Assembly: GCA_038227875.1 (NCBI GenBank) | Contig: JBBRPR010000007.1 | Location: 151,838 to 215,837, forward strand | DNA: 64,000 nt | Direction of reading: 5' to 3' | DNA from: Planctomycetota bacterium | Lineage (GTDB): Bacteria > Planctomycetota > SZUA-567 > H5-PLA8 | Shown: one piece after another, positions 29,477 through 38,760 of the stretch | How the letters are laid out: each line of letters opens with the position of its first letter | Position numbering within the stretch: position 1 is the stretch's first letter | Position numbers and translations under genes: made by a program | The notes under the pieces: model-generated | What the model was told of the DNA's origin: nothing | What the model saw: only the letters and a program-made list of their open reading frames with translations | The model's database searches: none

Positions 29477-29511
29477 CCAAGAGCCAAGTGCCGGAATCCA
29501 AGAGCCACGAC
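29477..29511. repeat. One-sided heptamer array CCAAGAG
   Basis: CCAAGAG CCAAGTG CCGGAAT CCAAGAG CCACGAC. Confidence 0.5.
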
Positions 29512-29601
29512 GCCAGCGATAATCCTAAATAATGCGTTGACACCTGCCGAAAAATAACCATACTTTCGACGTTCTTCACGTGTTCAAGCCGGAGGGTATT
29601 T

Positions 29602-30432
29602 ATGCGATTCGTCGCAGCGTTGGCCATGTTGTTCGTGTTGTCCCCCGTCGTGGTGATGGGCGTTGAAGCAGGCGGACTCGATAGGAACAACAGCCAGCAC
29701 GGTTCCGAAATGGGTGCCGGTTCGCAGAGCGGCTCGCGTTCGTCGTCGGACATCGCGATCGAAGCGCGTCTGATCAGCGGCGGTTCGCGTTCGTCTTCGG
29801 ACATCGCGATCGATTCGCGTCTGGGCAGCAGCGATTCTCATGAAGTCAGAGTCAGCGGTTGTGGTGGCGGTAGCGAAGGCACCGCTGCCGGCGGACTTGA
29901 AAAAGAAATGGGCAAAGAGTCCAGCCACTCGGCCGGCAACGGTCCGAGCGTCAGCAAGCAGGCCTCGCATTACTTCCTCAGCCGCTGGTACGATCTCTGC
30001 GACTGCGTCGACTTCTCCGTCGGCGGTGGTCCCGGCTTCCTGATCAACGCGCACGCCACCAAGCTCGCCCAGGTTGGCTTCGGTTACTCCGATGCCTACC
30101 ACGTCGGCTTCCGCGGCCGCAGCGCGGGTTTCTGGCGTGAAAAGCGCCACGAAATCGGCGTTAGCCTGCTCTACTACCAGAAGATCAAGCGCGAACGCAT
30201 CACCGGCTGGGTCGAAAGCTTCCGCAGCGAAAAGATGGACCTCGACACCTCCGCCGTCTACGCCAACGCGGTCGATCGCGGCTTCACCGGCGTCGGCCTG
30301 ACCGTTCACGCCCTCGTCCTGGTTGATGTCAACGTCCGCCCGATGCAGGCCGTGGACTTCGCGCTCGGCTGGTTCACCATCGACATCCTCGACGACGACA
30401 CCGGCCACCCGCACCGCAACAAAGATCTGTAA
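29602..30432 (+). CDS. Secreted hypothetical protein with duplicated 17-aa Ser-rich unit
   Basis: GGAGGG RBS, signal peptide, GSRSSSDIAI(E/D)xRL twice, beta-rich C-terminus ending DFALGWFTIDILDDD. Confidence 0.7.
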   Translation: MRFVAALAMLFVLSPVVVMGVEAGGLDRNNSQHGSEMGAGSQSGSRSSSDIAIEARLISGGSRSSSDIAIDSRLGSSDSHEVRVSGCGGGSEGTAAGGLEKEMGKESSHSAGNGPSVSKQASHYFLSRWYDLCDCVDFSVGGGPGFLINAHATKLAQVGFGYSDAYHVGFRGRSAGFWREKRHEIGVSLLYYQKIKRERITGWVESFRSEKMDLDTSAVYANAVDRGFTGVGLTVHALVLVDVNVRPMQAVDFALGWFTIDILDDDTGHPHRNKDL

Positions 30433-30453
30433 GCGGTTCGGAAACGATCAACG

Positions 30454-30489
30454 AAAAAGGCGGCCCATCACTGGGCCGCCTTTTTTATT
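30454..30489 (+). terminator. Intrinsic terminator
   Basis: AAAAAGGCGGCCCA-TCAC-TGGGCCGCCTTTTTT. Confidence 0.85.
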
Positions 30490-30543
30490 GGTACGGATTG
30501 GGATTCTGAAATCCAGTTTCGGAATAAAATGAGAAGTGCACGT

Positions 30544-30861
30544 ATGGATAAAAACACGCCCTTAAACAATACTTCAATTTTCCTCGCAGTCACGCTTTCC
30601 ATATTGCTATTTTTCTTTGGAGGCCTATGCGCCTTCATGGCAGTTCTACAGGTCAAAAATGGAAATTGGATTTACGCCATACTTCCCTTCTTCGCCAGTA
30701 TCGCGTGCTGCATATATGGAGTTCGCACTTCGAAGCCGCTTTATTTAGCTATTAGAAATGATCCAACAGTGATTCTGAAGGTTGTCCTCATTTTGTTGAT
30801 GTACGCAACTCTGTTGTATCTTCATCGAACCGGGATAATTCCATTGCCGGTTCGATATTGA
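30544..30861 (+). CDS. Small AT-rich membrane protein (3 TM)
   Basis: Three hydrophobic segments. Visibly lower GC than neighbours. Confidence 0.55.
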   Translation: MDKNTPLNNTSIFLAVTLSILLFFFGGLCAFMAVLQVKNGNWIYAILPFFASIACCIYGVRTSKPLYLAIRNDPTVILKVVLILLMYATLLYLHRTGIIPLPVRY

Positions 30862-30869
30862 ATATTTGC

Positions 30870-31874
30870 TCAATCGCGTTTGTGATTCCGCGCTTTTACC
30901 GCCGCGATAATCAACGGCGCATGCTCGCGCGAGTTCTCAATAAAAATCCGCCCCGTGTCCAACCCCGCCTGAATCGTTCCGGCGATGTATAGACCCGGCA
31001 CGTTGGTCTCGCACGTTTCCGGATTGAACTTCGGCACCAGCGTCACGGAATCGACCTCGACGCCGCAGCGCCGTTCCAGTTCCGCATCCGGTTGAAATCC
31101 GATGAACGCGTAGACCGCATCCGCGGGAACGAACTGCGTGCCGCCGGCACCATCACGGATCTCCACACCGCGCGGATGTTCCTGAATCTTCACCACCGTC
31201 GAATTGAAGTGCGCCGCGATCGAACCTTCGGAGATCCGGTTTTCGACGTCGGGGCGCACCCAGTATTTTACGCCGCTCTTCAGCTCCGGCCCGCGCACCA
31301 CCATCGTCACGCGACCGGCCTGGTTGCGCCACAGATCCAAGGCCGTCTCGCAGGCCGAATTTCCGCCGCCGATCAGCACCACATTTTCACGAAAGTGCCG
31401 ATACGGTTCCCGGTAGTAACGATGAACAAATGGCAGATCCGAGCCCGGAATCGTAAACGCGAGTGGCTGATTGAAGTACCCTGTCGCCAGCGCCACAGCA
31501 CGAGCCCGGCGCTCACGCGTCTGGCCTTCGCTACGCGTGCTGACGACAAAGACGTCGCCAGCGCGCCTGGCCTGCAACACTTCTTCGTACAGCGCCAGTT
31601 CCAGTTCATACTTTGCCGCGACCGCGCGGTAGTACATCAGCGCGTCTTGTCGCGTCGGCTTCTCCTGCGGCACCGTGAGCGGGATGCCGGCGATCTCCAG
31701 CTTGTCGCGGGTCGTGAAGAAGGTCATGTACGTCGGAAAATTCAGAATCGCATCCGTCAACTGCCCGCGATCAACGAGAATCACGGAGAGCCCCGCCTTG
31801 CGAGCCTCCGCTCCAATCGCAATCCCCGTCGGCCCGGCCCCGACGATCAGTAAATCGTAAATCGTCTCGCTCAT
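30870..31874 (-). CDS. YpdA-family (putative bacillithiol disulfide) FAD reductase
   Basis: GAGPTG, MTFFTT.DKLEI, KPTR.DAL.YYR, GGGNSA, YWVRPDVENRI, IFIENSR.H. No CxxC. Confidence 0.85.
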   Translation of the reverse strand: MSETIYDLLIVGAGPTGIAIGAEARKAGLSVILVDRGQLTDAILNFPTYMTFFTTRDKLEIAGIPLTVPQEKPTRQDALMYYRAVAAKYELELALYEEVLQARRAGDVFVVSTRSEGQTRERRARAVALATGYFNQPLAFTIPGSDLPFVHRYYREPYRHFRENVVLIGGGNSACETALDLWRNQAGRVTMVVRGPELKSGVKYWVRPDVENRISEGSIAAHFNSTVVKIQEHPRGVEIRDGAGGTQFVPADAVYAFIGFQPDAELERRCGVEVDSVTLVPKFNPETCETNVPGLYIAGTIQAGLDTGRIFIENSREHAPLIIAAVKARNHKRD

Positions 31875-31937
31875 GAGCTCACTTCTAGCAGCCCGAAAAG
31901 AATTGTCCATTCAGCCACAAACGGAGCCACAAACAGA

Positions 31938-32062
31938 TTCATTGGTCATCGGTCATTTTCATGAGTCATTTACGAGAGCGTAAGTTCGGACCGCGAAGCG
32001 CTGCATCACGTCCTCGTAAATGAAAAATGACGGATGACCAATGCCCATTAACCAATGACTCC
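31938..32062. repeat. Inverted TCATTGG/CCAATGA heptamer element, empty form
   Basis: TCATTGG TCATCGG TCATTT...CATTTACGAG / CTCGTAAATG...CCAATGACTC. Confidence 0.75.
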
Positions 32063-32121
32063 GTTCATTGATTTTCTCCGCCGCTCGCCCTACGATCAGC
32101 CCAACACAGGAGAACCCTTGA

Positions 32122-33579
32122 ATGCCCGCCACGGCCTCTGATTTCGAAGTCATTATCGGTCTGGAAGTCCACGCGCAGGTCAAGACCAACACCAAGATGT
32201 TCTGCAGCTGCGCGACGTCTTTCGGTGAAGCGCCGAACACGCAGGTCTGCCCCGTCTGCCTCGGGCTGCCTGGTTCACTGCCGGTCCCGAACGGCAAGGC
32301 GTTCGACCTCGCGCTGAAAACCGCGCTGGCCCTGCATTGCGAAATCGCGTCGTTCACCAAGTTCGATCGCAAGAATTATTACTACCCGGACTTGCCCAAG
32401 AATTACCAGATCAGCCAGTTCGACCTGCCCTTCTCCAAGAACGGGTATCTCGACATCAACGTCAACGGCACGACCAAGCGCATCGGCATCACGCGCATTC
32501 ATATGGAAGAAGACGCCGGCAAGCTGGTCCATTCCGAAGGCGGCGGCTCGGGCGTCGACTTGAACCGCGCCGGGACGCCCTTGATCGAAATCGTGAGCGA
32601 ACCGGATCTGCGTTCAGCCGCGGAAGCCCGCGCCTACATGGAAGCGCTTGCGCATATTCTGGAATTCATCGACGCCTGCGACTGCAACATGCAGGAAGGT
32701 TCCCTGCGCTGCGACGCCAACGTCTCCATCCGCCCGTACGGTCAGAAGAACTTCAACACGCGCCGCGAAATCAAGAACATGAACTCGTTCCGTTTCGTCG
32801 AGCAGGCGATTCTGACGGAAGTTCTGGAACAGAAGGCGATCTACGACGCCGGCGGCACCGTCCATCAGGAAACGAGGTTGTTCAACGGCGAGACCGGCAA
32901 GATCCGGACGATGCGCTCCAAGGAAGACGCGCACGATTACCGCTACTTCCCCGAACCCGACCTGCCGCCGATCACCATCACCCCCGAGATGATCGAAGCG
33001 ATCCGCGGCAAGCAGGACGAATTGCCGGAAGCGCGCAAGCAGCGTTACATCGGTGAACTGAAATTGAGCGAAATGGAAGCGAAGGTGCTCACCGATTCCA
33101 AGGAGATGGGCAACTACTTCGAAGCGACGCTCAAGCACGGCGTCTCCGCGAAAGTCGCCTACAACTGGATCGCCAACGACCTGCAGGGCATCCTCAAGGA
33201 ACGCAACCTGGCCATCCAGGACTGCGGCCTCTCCACTGAAGCCGTCGTCGCGCTGATCAACCTCGTTGAAAAAGACAAGAAGATCAACCGCGCCGCCGCG
33301 AAGGAAGTGGTCTTCCCGAAGATGCTCGACACGAAGAAGTCCGCGCTGCAGATCGCCCAGGAAGAAAACCTGCTGATCGTCGTCGACACCGGCGCCGTCG
33401 ACAAAGTGATCGACGACGTCCTGGCCAAATTCCCAAAGCTGGTCGCCGATTACGTCAGCGGCAAGGACGCCGTTGTCAACGCGATCTTCGGCAACTGCAT
33501 GAAGGAATTCAAAGGCAAAGGCGATCCCGCCGTCATCCGCCCGGCGCTGGAAGCGAAGCTCAAGGCATTGCGGAAGTAG
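32122..33579 (+). CDS. gatB: Asp-tRNA(Asn)/Glu-tRNA(Gln) amidotransferase subunit B
   Basis: IGLEVHAQ, RKNYYYPDLPKNYQISQ, MEEDAGK, YRYFPEPDLP. Confidence 0.98.
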   Translation: MPATASDFEVIIGLEVHAQVKTNTKMFCSCATSFGEAPNTQVCPVCLGLPGSLPVPNGKAFDLALKTALALHCEIASFTKFDRKNYYYPDLPKNYQISQFDLPFSKNGYLDINVNGTTKRIGITRIHMEEDAGKLVHSEGGGSGVDLNRAGTPLIEIVSEPDLRSAAEARAYMEALAHILEFIDACDCNMQEGSLRCDANVSIRPYGQKNFNTRREIKNMNSFRFVEQAILTEVLEQKAIYDAGGTVHQETRLFNGETGKIRTMRSKEDAHDYRYFPEPDLPPITITPEMIEAIRGKQDELPEARKQRYIGELKLSEMEAKVLTDSKEMGNYFEATLKHGVSAKVAYNWIANDLQGILKERNLAIQDCGLSTEAVVALINLVEKDKKINRAAAKEVVFPKMLDTKKSALQIAQEENLLIVVDTGAVDKVIDDVLAKFPKLVADYVSGKDAVVNAIFGNCMKEFKGKGDPAVIRPALEAKLKALRK

Positions 33580-33583
33580 CACT

Positions 33584-33662
33584 GCGGGATTCGGGAATTG
33601 GGAATCGGGATTCGCCATCGCCGACACGCGGCGATTCCCGATTCCCGATTCCCGAATCCCGC
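33584..33662. repeat. Inverted GGGAATC/GATTCCC heptamer arrays forming a long hairpin
   Basis: GCGGGATTCGGGAATTGGGAATCGGGATT...GATTCCCGATTCCCGATTCCCGAATCCCGC directly after the gatB stop. Confidence 0.8.
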
Positions 33663-33713
33663 TTCTCGTTTGCAGTTGCCGTCTCCCCCCTCCCCCCGTA
33701 AGAAAGCTCCCTT

Positions 33714-35351
33714 ATGACAACCCCACACGCCGCTCCCAACTCCAGTGTCAAAGCGTTCCGCGCCATCGCTGACGGATACGTCGAGGAAAGCTTCGAACGC
33801 TTTCCGACCTACGGCTCGTCCGTCGGCCGCAGCGAATTCAATGGTTTGCTTGAGAAGCCCGACCTAAGACTCTACGCAGCGCATCAGAGTCTCGTCCGCG
33901 AAACGCTCGCGGCGGTTCAGAATCTTCCCGAGTTCGATTTCACCCACGACGACTGGCTCGACCGCCGCGCGCTGATCAGTGAACTGCGCACGGAACTCTG
34001 GTCGATGGAACGCGAGACCCACCGGCGCAACCCGGAGATGTGGGCCTCCGGCGCGCTCAATTGCATCTACAACCTGATGGTGAAAAAAGCCGACGCGATG
34101 GGCGAAGTCGCCATCGACGTGCTGTCGCGCATGCAGAAACTGCCCGCGTATCTCGAACACGCCGCGTCGATGATCAAAGACCCGGTGCCGCTGTGGAAGA
34201 ACATGGCGATCAAATCCTGCGAAGGTGCGCCGTCACTCTTCGACGCGCTGGCCGATCCGCTAATCGCCACCGGCAAGGCGCCGGAACAGAAGATCCGCAA
34301 GCTCACTGCCGACGCCAAAGCCGCGTTCGCCGCGTTTGCGAAGAAAGTCGACAAGACACCCCCCGGGAAACCCGGCAGCTTTGCCGTCGGCACCGAACGC
34401 TTCGAAGGCCTGATCCGCGAGCGCCTCGGCTGGGACCTGACCGTCTCGGAAGCGCTCGCGCTGGGACAGACGCTGGCCGAACGCATCCAGGGCGAGATGG
34501 AACAGGAAGCGCGGAAGCTCGGTCGCGGCAAGTCGCCCCGGGAAATTCTCGACCGCGCCGCCGAAGAGTGGAAGCCCGAACGCGGCACGCTGATTGAAGA
34601 GTACCGTTTTCAGACGCTTCGCGTGCGCGACGCGTTCAAGCGCGCGGGACTCGTCAGCTTTCCGAAGGACGAAAAACTGGCGGTGAAGCCCGTGCCGGAT
34701 TTCCTGCGCCATCACTTCCCGACTGCCGCGTACTCCTCGCCGGGCTGCTACGAAAAAGACCAGACCGGAATCTTCTGGGTCAACGATCTCAGCCTGATCC
34801 GCGAGACCGAAAAGGAAAAGCGCGCCGAAATTCAGCAGCACTTCGGTCTCGGGGCGACCTGCGCCCACGAAGCGTATCCGGGACATCATCTTCAGTTCTG
34901 CACCGCCAACCGCCATCCGAGCAAACTGCGCCGCCTCTTCGCGCACGCGATTTTCTACGAAGGCTGGACGTTGTGGTGCGAAAAGATGACCGTCGACTTC
35001 AAGATCGCCAAAGAACCGACCGCGCGCTTGAATCAACTCCACGACGCACTCTGGCGCGCGCACCGCATCATCATCGACTGCGGGTTGCAGACCGGGCGCA
35101 TGAGCTACGACGACGCCGTCAAGCACCTCGTCAAAAACGTCGGATTCACAAAAGGACGAGCGGAAGGCGACGTCAACTGGTACACTAGCAGTCCCACCGT
35201 CCCGATGAGCTACCTGCTGGGCCGCACCGAACTGCTGCGTCTGCATCAGAAAAAAGTCGGAGAGCAGGGATGGTCGGTGAAGCGCTTCAACGATTGGATT
35301 CTGTCGTTCGGAACCCTGCCGTGGCGCTGGATGGAGTTAAGCGGACTGTGA
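33714..35351 (+). CDS. DUF885 family protein (metallopeptidase-like)
   Basis: HEAYPGHHLQ, FYEGW.L..E, WRA.RIIID.GL, P...MSY.LG. Confidence 0.9.
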   Translation: MTTPHAAPNSSVKAFRAIADGYVEESFERFPTYGSSVGRSEFNGLLEKPDLRLYAAHQSLVRETLAAVQNLPEFDFTHDDWLDRRALISELRTELWSMERETHRRNPEMWASGALNCIYNLMVKKADAMGEVAIDVLSRMQKLPAYLEHAASMIKDPVPLWKNMAIKSCEGAPSLFDALADPLIATGKAPEQKIRKLTADAKAAFAAFAKKVDKTPPGKPGSFAVGTERFEGLIRERLGWDLTVSEALALGQTLAERIQGEMEQEARKLGRGKSPREILDRAAEEWKPERGTLIEEYRFQTLRVRDAFKRAGLVSFPKDEKLAVKPVPDFLRHHFPTAAYSSPGCYEKDQTGIFWVNDLSLIRETEKEKRAEIQQHFGLGATCAHEAYPGHHLQFCTANRHPSKLRRLFAHAIFYEGWTLWCEKMTVDFKIAKEPTARLNQLHDALWRAHRIIIDCGLQTGRMSYDDAVKHLVKNVGFTKGRAEGDVNWYTSSPTVPMSYLLGRTELLRLHQKKVGEQGWSVKRFNDWILSFGTLPWRWMELSGL

Positions 35352-35572
35352 GTCGCAATCCGCCGAGTGAAGGTTTGAGAGCCGTCAATCTGCTGCACGA
35401 AATTCGTTGGACCCACCGAAATCCGGGCGGTCTCGCCGCCGTAGCTTGCTGTATCTCGTGCTACTAAGGTTCGTTGATCTCCATCTTTAAGCATCGAATT
35501 TCCAATCTTTGCGCGATTGGCCTGCCAATCGCGCATTGGCAATGATAGCGGTACTGAGGAGGAGCTGTGTTG

Positions 35573-36187
35573 ATGAGGATTGTCGTTTTATTTCATCTAA
35601 TATGCATTCTGGCTGCGTCGGCGTTTGGCGCAGAACCTTTTCATTGCGACGGTAACGGCTGCGGCGAATATGTGGAGACGGTCCCCGAATTCTCACTCAA
35701 AGATGCGGCAGGTGTAAATCATACCAGCGCCTCGCTGTACAAAGACAGCGGCATGTTGTTGATGATTACCGTTCCCAATCTCACTCAATACGAACGCCAG
35801 AAGCGCTGGGAAAAACTGCTCAAGAACGAAAGCTGGCCTGAAATCCACGCACCCCGCTGCGTGGTGCTGGAAGACTTGAGCCAGCAGGACAGCTACAAGG
35901 ATAAAGCGCGCCACTTGATGCAGGAAAAGTCGCGCGAAGAAAGCCGCGAGACCTTCCTGATCGACGAAACCGGAATCGTGCGCCGCAAGTTCGGTGTCCA
36001 GCAGAATGAAACCGTGATCCTGCTCGTCGACGCACACGGCAATGTGGTCCACCACGAATTCGATGACGAGGAAACCGAAACGGAAGCCGCGCGCCGCATC
36101 TCCCGCATCGTTCATCAGCTCTCGCATGCCATGTCCGCCACGGTCGCCGCGGCAATCAAGTCCACCACGGAACCCCGCGGCAAATAA
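35573..36187 (+). CDS. Secreted thioredoxin-fold-like hypothetical protein
   Basis: GAGGAGGAG RBS, signal peptide, PEFSLKDAAG, LIDETG.V..KFG, ILLVDAHGNVV. No CxxC in the active-site position. Confidence 0.6.
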   Translation: MRIVVLFHLICILAASAFGAEPFHCDGNGCGEYVETVPEFSLKDAAGVNHTSASLYKDSGMLLMITVPNLTQYERQKRWEKLLKNESWPEIHAPRCVVLEDLSQQDSYKDKARHLMQEKSREESRETFLIDETGIVRRKFGVQQNETVILLVDAHGNVVHHEFDDEETETEAARRISRIVHQLSHAMSATVAAAIKSTTEPRGK

Positions 36188-36269
36188 CGCGTTTTTGCTC
36201 GCTCGCACAACTTGCTCCGCATGATATTCTCAAGTGCTCATCCCATTTAACAGGGAGGGCTCCGGCCTC

Positions 36270-38633
36270 ATGCAAGACGTGCGCTTCGACGACCAACGCC
36301 TGATCACCGACGACGATTTTCTCGACCACCTGCGGCTTCCCGGAGCCGCAGGGAAACAACTGGCCTCCGCGCGGAGCGCACACGACACCGCGGCGCTTCA
36401 CGACGTCGTGGCGACCCATTTTCGCACCCGCAGCGCCCCGCGCTGGCCGTTTTACATGCACGGCTCGGCGTGGCTTGAAATTAACGGCCGCGGCAAAGCT
36501 CTGGAGAAAGCCGACGACGTCCTGCGCGGCCGCTTCCGCAGTTCGTGGCCGCCATTCCAGATTGCCGACCTCAACGCCAGCGGCGGCGGTATCGACTGGA
36601 GCAAAGGCACGGAGCTCGGCGCGTCCTTCAGTCGCGTCACGTTTGTCCCCGAACTCACCACGGCCTTCGCGCTCACGGGAAAGGTTGAATACCTCGTACG
36701 CGCACGCGATCTGATCAAGTCGTACGTCGCCGCCACGCCGTTCGTACTCGAAGAAGGCTTCCATGAAGACCACGACCGCTACTTCGGTGGCGGGCCGAAC
36801 AATTCCGGCGATGTCTTCAGCCGCTCGCTGCGCTGGCTGGACATGATGCACAGCGGCGCGTTCCAGGTTCCCGGAGTCTGGAACGATGCGGACCTGTTCT
36901 GGCTGATCAAACAGTTCTGGTTCAACTGCATGCAGTACGCCCGCTTCATCGGCGACGAGATGCGCCGCGACAATCATCATCTTACCGACCACGGTTTGGC
37001 GCAGTTCGTACTCGGTGCCGCGTTTCCGGAATTCTCCGTCTCCGACGCGCTGATCAAGCAGGGCCGCGAGACCTATCAGTTCCATTTCAAAAACAACGTC
37101 TACCGCGACGGTTGCTACGCCGAGCACTGCACCAAGTACCAGTACCACGTGATCTACTCGTACCTCTGCGCGCACAACCTCGCCAGCGCCAACGCGATTC
37201 CGCTGTTCACTCCGCAGCAGGTGGAACGCCTTACCAAATGGGTCGAATTCAGTGCCCGCGCCTGCAAACCCGACGGCTACATCGCGGAGTTCGGTGACGA
37301 ATTCGGCGGACAGCTCGGCCACCTTTTCTGCACGCTCGCCGCGGGAGTCCTGAACACGCCGCTGGCCGCGATGTCCCGCGCGCTGGGCTATGAACCCGGT
37401 GAACTCAGTTCCGAGACGCCTGCCGACCTGACGCGGAAATTCAAAAACTGGCAGCCCGGCACCGCGTTGCGCATCGGACTCTCGCCGTGGTACACCGACG
37501 ACTATTCCAAGAAAACAATTTCGATGCGCGATCTGCCCAAGCCCGCGAGCATCCAGTATCCGCACGGCGGATTCTCGTTCTTCCGCACCAAGTGGACGCC
37601 CGACGCCGATTTCCTCGCTGTCGCGCACTACACCGAATCGCTCCCGCACTCTCACACGCACTGGGACATGCTCTCGTTCGTGCTCCACACCCAGGGCCAG
37701 ACGCTGATCGGCGACCCCGCCACGTGGCTCTACACTTCCGACCGGCTCTACGGCCCTCAGAACGCCGAGAACCGCGGCTACATGTACGCCGCCGATTCGC
37801 ACAACGTCCTGGTGATGAACGACGACACACTGAAGCCGCTGAAAGCCCTCGGCCACGGCTGCTGCTGGGGCGGCTATCCGCCGAAGCACGGTCTGGGACT
37901 TTTCGAAGCCGGCGGCCCGATCGAAGTGCTGGAAGCCTGGCACGATGCGTACGCTCCGACGCGCCACCGCAGATTCACGATCCACATCGTCGGGATCGGC
38001 TTTGTTTTCGTCGATCTGCTCGCGCGCACCGGACTGGATCTGCGCCCGCATCAGTATTCGCAGCGATACCATTTTGAAGGCGATGTCGAAATCACGCCGG
38101 AAACACCTGGCCCCGCCGCCCCCCTCAGCGCGTCGAAAAATGGCGCGCGGTGCGTGATCGTCCCCGGCCGCGAAGCGCAGAATTCCTGGAAGACATGGCA
38201 CGACGAACGCCTCGCCGGCGTCTACGGCATCCCCGAGACGAAAGTGAAGGGCGGCCCATGGGTCGCCGAACTAACGCGGCGCATTCAAGGCCCTGCCGTG
38301 TTCACTAATTTTATCTTCACACAACCCTGCGCCGGAAGCTTCACACCCCACGCAATTTACCTGGGTTCGAAAAGCGCCAAGAGCGAATATCAGCAGCACG
38401 AAGCCTTCTCCGCTCATGAAGTGGGCCTCGGCGAACACGGCACGCTTTTCGTCGCAAGCTGTCCCTACGGCAAAAACCTCGACAGCCCGGAACTCGCCAC
38501 CGATGGGGAATTGGCCGTGGTACATCTCGACGTCCGCGGCGTCGTGAAATCCTGGGTGCTGGCCCGTGGCTCAAAACTCTTCGTTCGCGGCAAAAAGCTC
38601 ACCACTGGCCGCAAACGCGATTGGCAAAGTTAG
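36270..38633 (+). CDS. Heparinase II/III-family polysaccharide lyase-like protein
   Basis: NH, DG.Y.E....YQ, FGD, H.HWDMLSF, L.GDP...Y, SHNVL motifs. No signal peptide. Confidence 0.8.
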   Translation: MQDVRFDDQRLITDDDFLDHLRLPGAAGKQLASARSAHDTAALHDVVATHFRTRSAPRWPFYMHGSAWLEINGRGKALEKADDVLRGRFRSSWPPFQIADLNASGGGIDWSKGTELGASFSRVTFVPELTTAFALTGKVEYLVRARDLIKSYVAATPFVLEEGFHEDHDRYFGGGPNNSGDVFSRSLRWLDMMHSGAFQVPGVWNDADLFWLIKQFWFNCMQYARFIGDEMRRDNHHLTDHGLAQFVLGAAFPEFSVSDALIKQGRETYQFHFKNNVYRDGCYAEHCTKYQYHVIYSYLCAHNLASANAIPLFTPQQVERLTKWVEFSARACKPDGYIAEFGDEFGGQLGHLFCTLAAGVLNTPLAAMSRALGYEPGELSSETPADLTRKFKNWQPGTALRIGLSPWYTDDYSKKTISMRDLPKPASIQYPHGGFSFFRTKWTPDADFLAVAHYTESLPHSHTHWDMLSFVLHTQGQTLIGDPATWLYTSDRLYGPQNAENRGYMYAADSHNVLVMNDDTLKPLKALGHGCCWGGYPPKHGLGLFEAGGPIEVLEAWHDAYAPTRHRRFTIHIVGIGFVFVDLLARTGLDLRPHQYSQRYHFEGDVEITPETPGPAAPLSASKNGARCVIVPGREAQNSWKTWHDERLAGVYGIPETKVKGGPWVAELTRRIQGPAVFTNFIFTQPCAGSFTPHAIYLGSKSAKSEYQQHEAFSAHEVGLGEHGTLFVASCPYGKNLDSPELATDGELAVVHLDVRGVVKSWVLARGSKLFVRGKKLTTGRKRDWQS

Positions 38634-38760
38634 CGCGCTATGTACCTCTTCGAGAAGTCTTCGAATCGGTGTAGCAGATTGCACCGTCCGCCCTGGTGCG
38701 TTTTGACGGCCTGAAATTTGCCTGTTAGTCTCATGTTTCATTTTTACGTGGGAGTACGGT

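Noticed and set aside
35510..35535. Palindrome TGCGCGATTGG-CCTG-CCAATCGCGCA as terminator or sigma54 site
   Set aside because: No U-tract and a poor -12 match. Function cannot be assigned.
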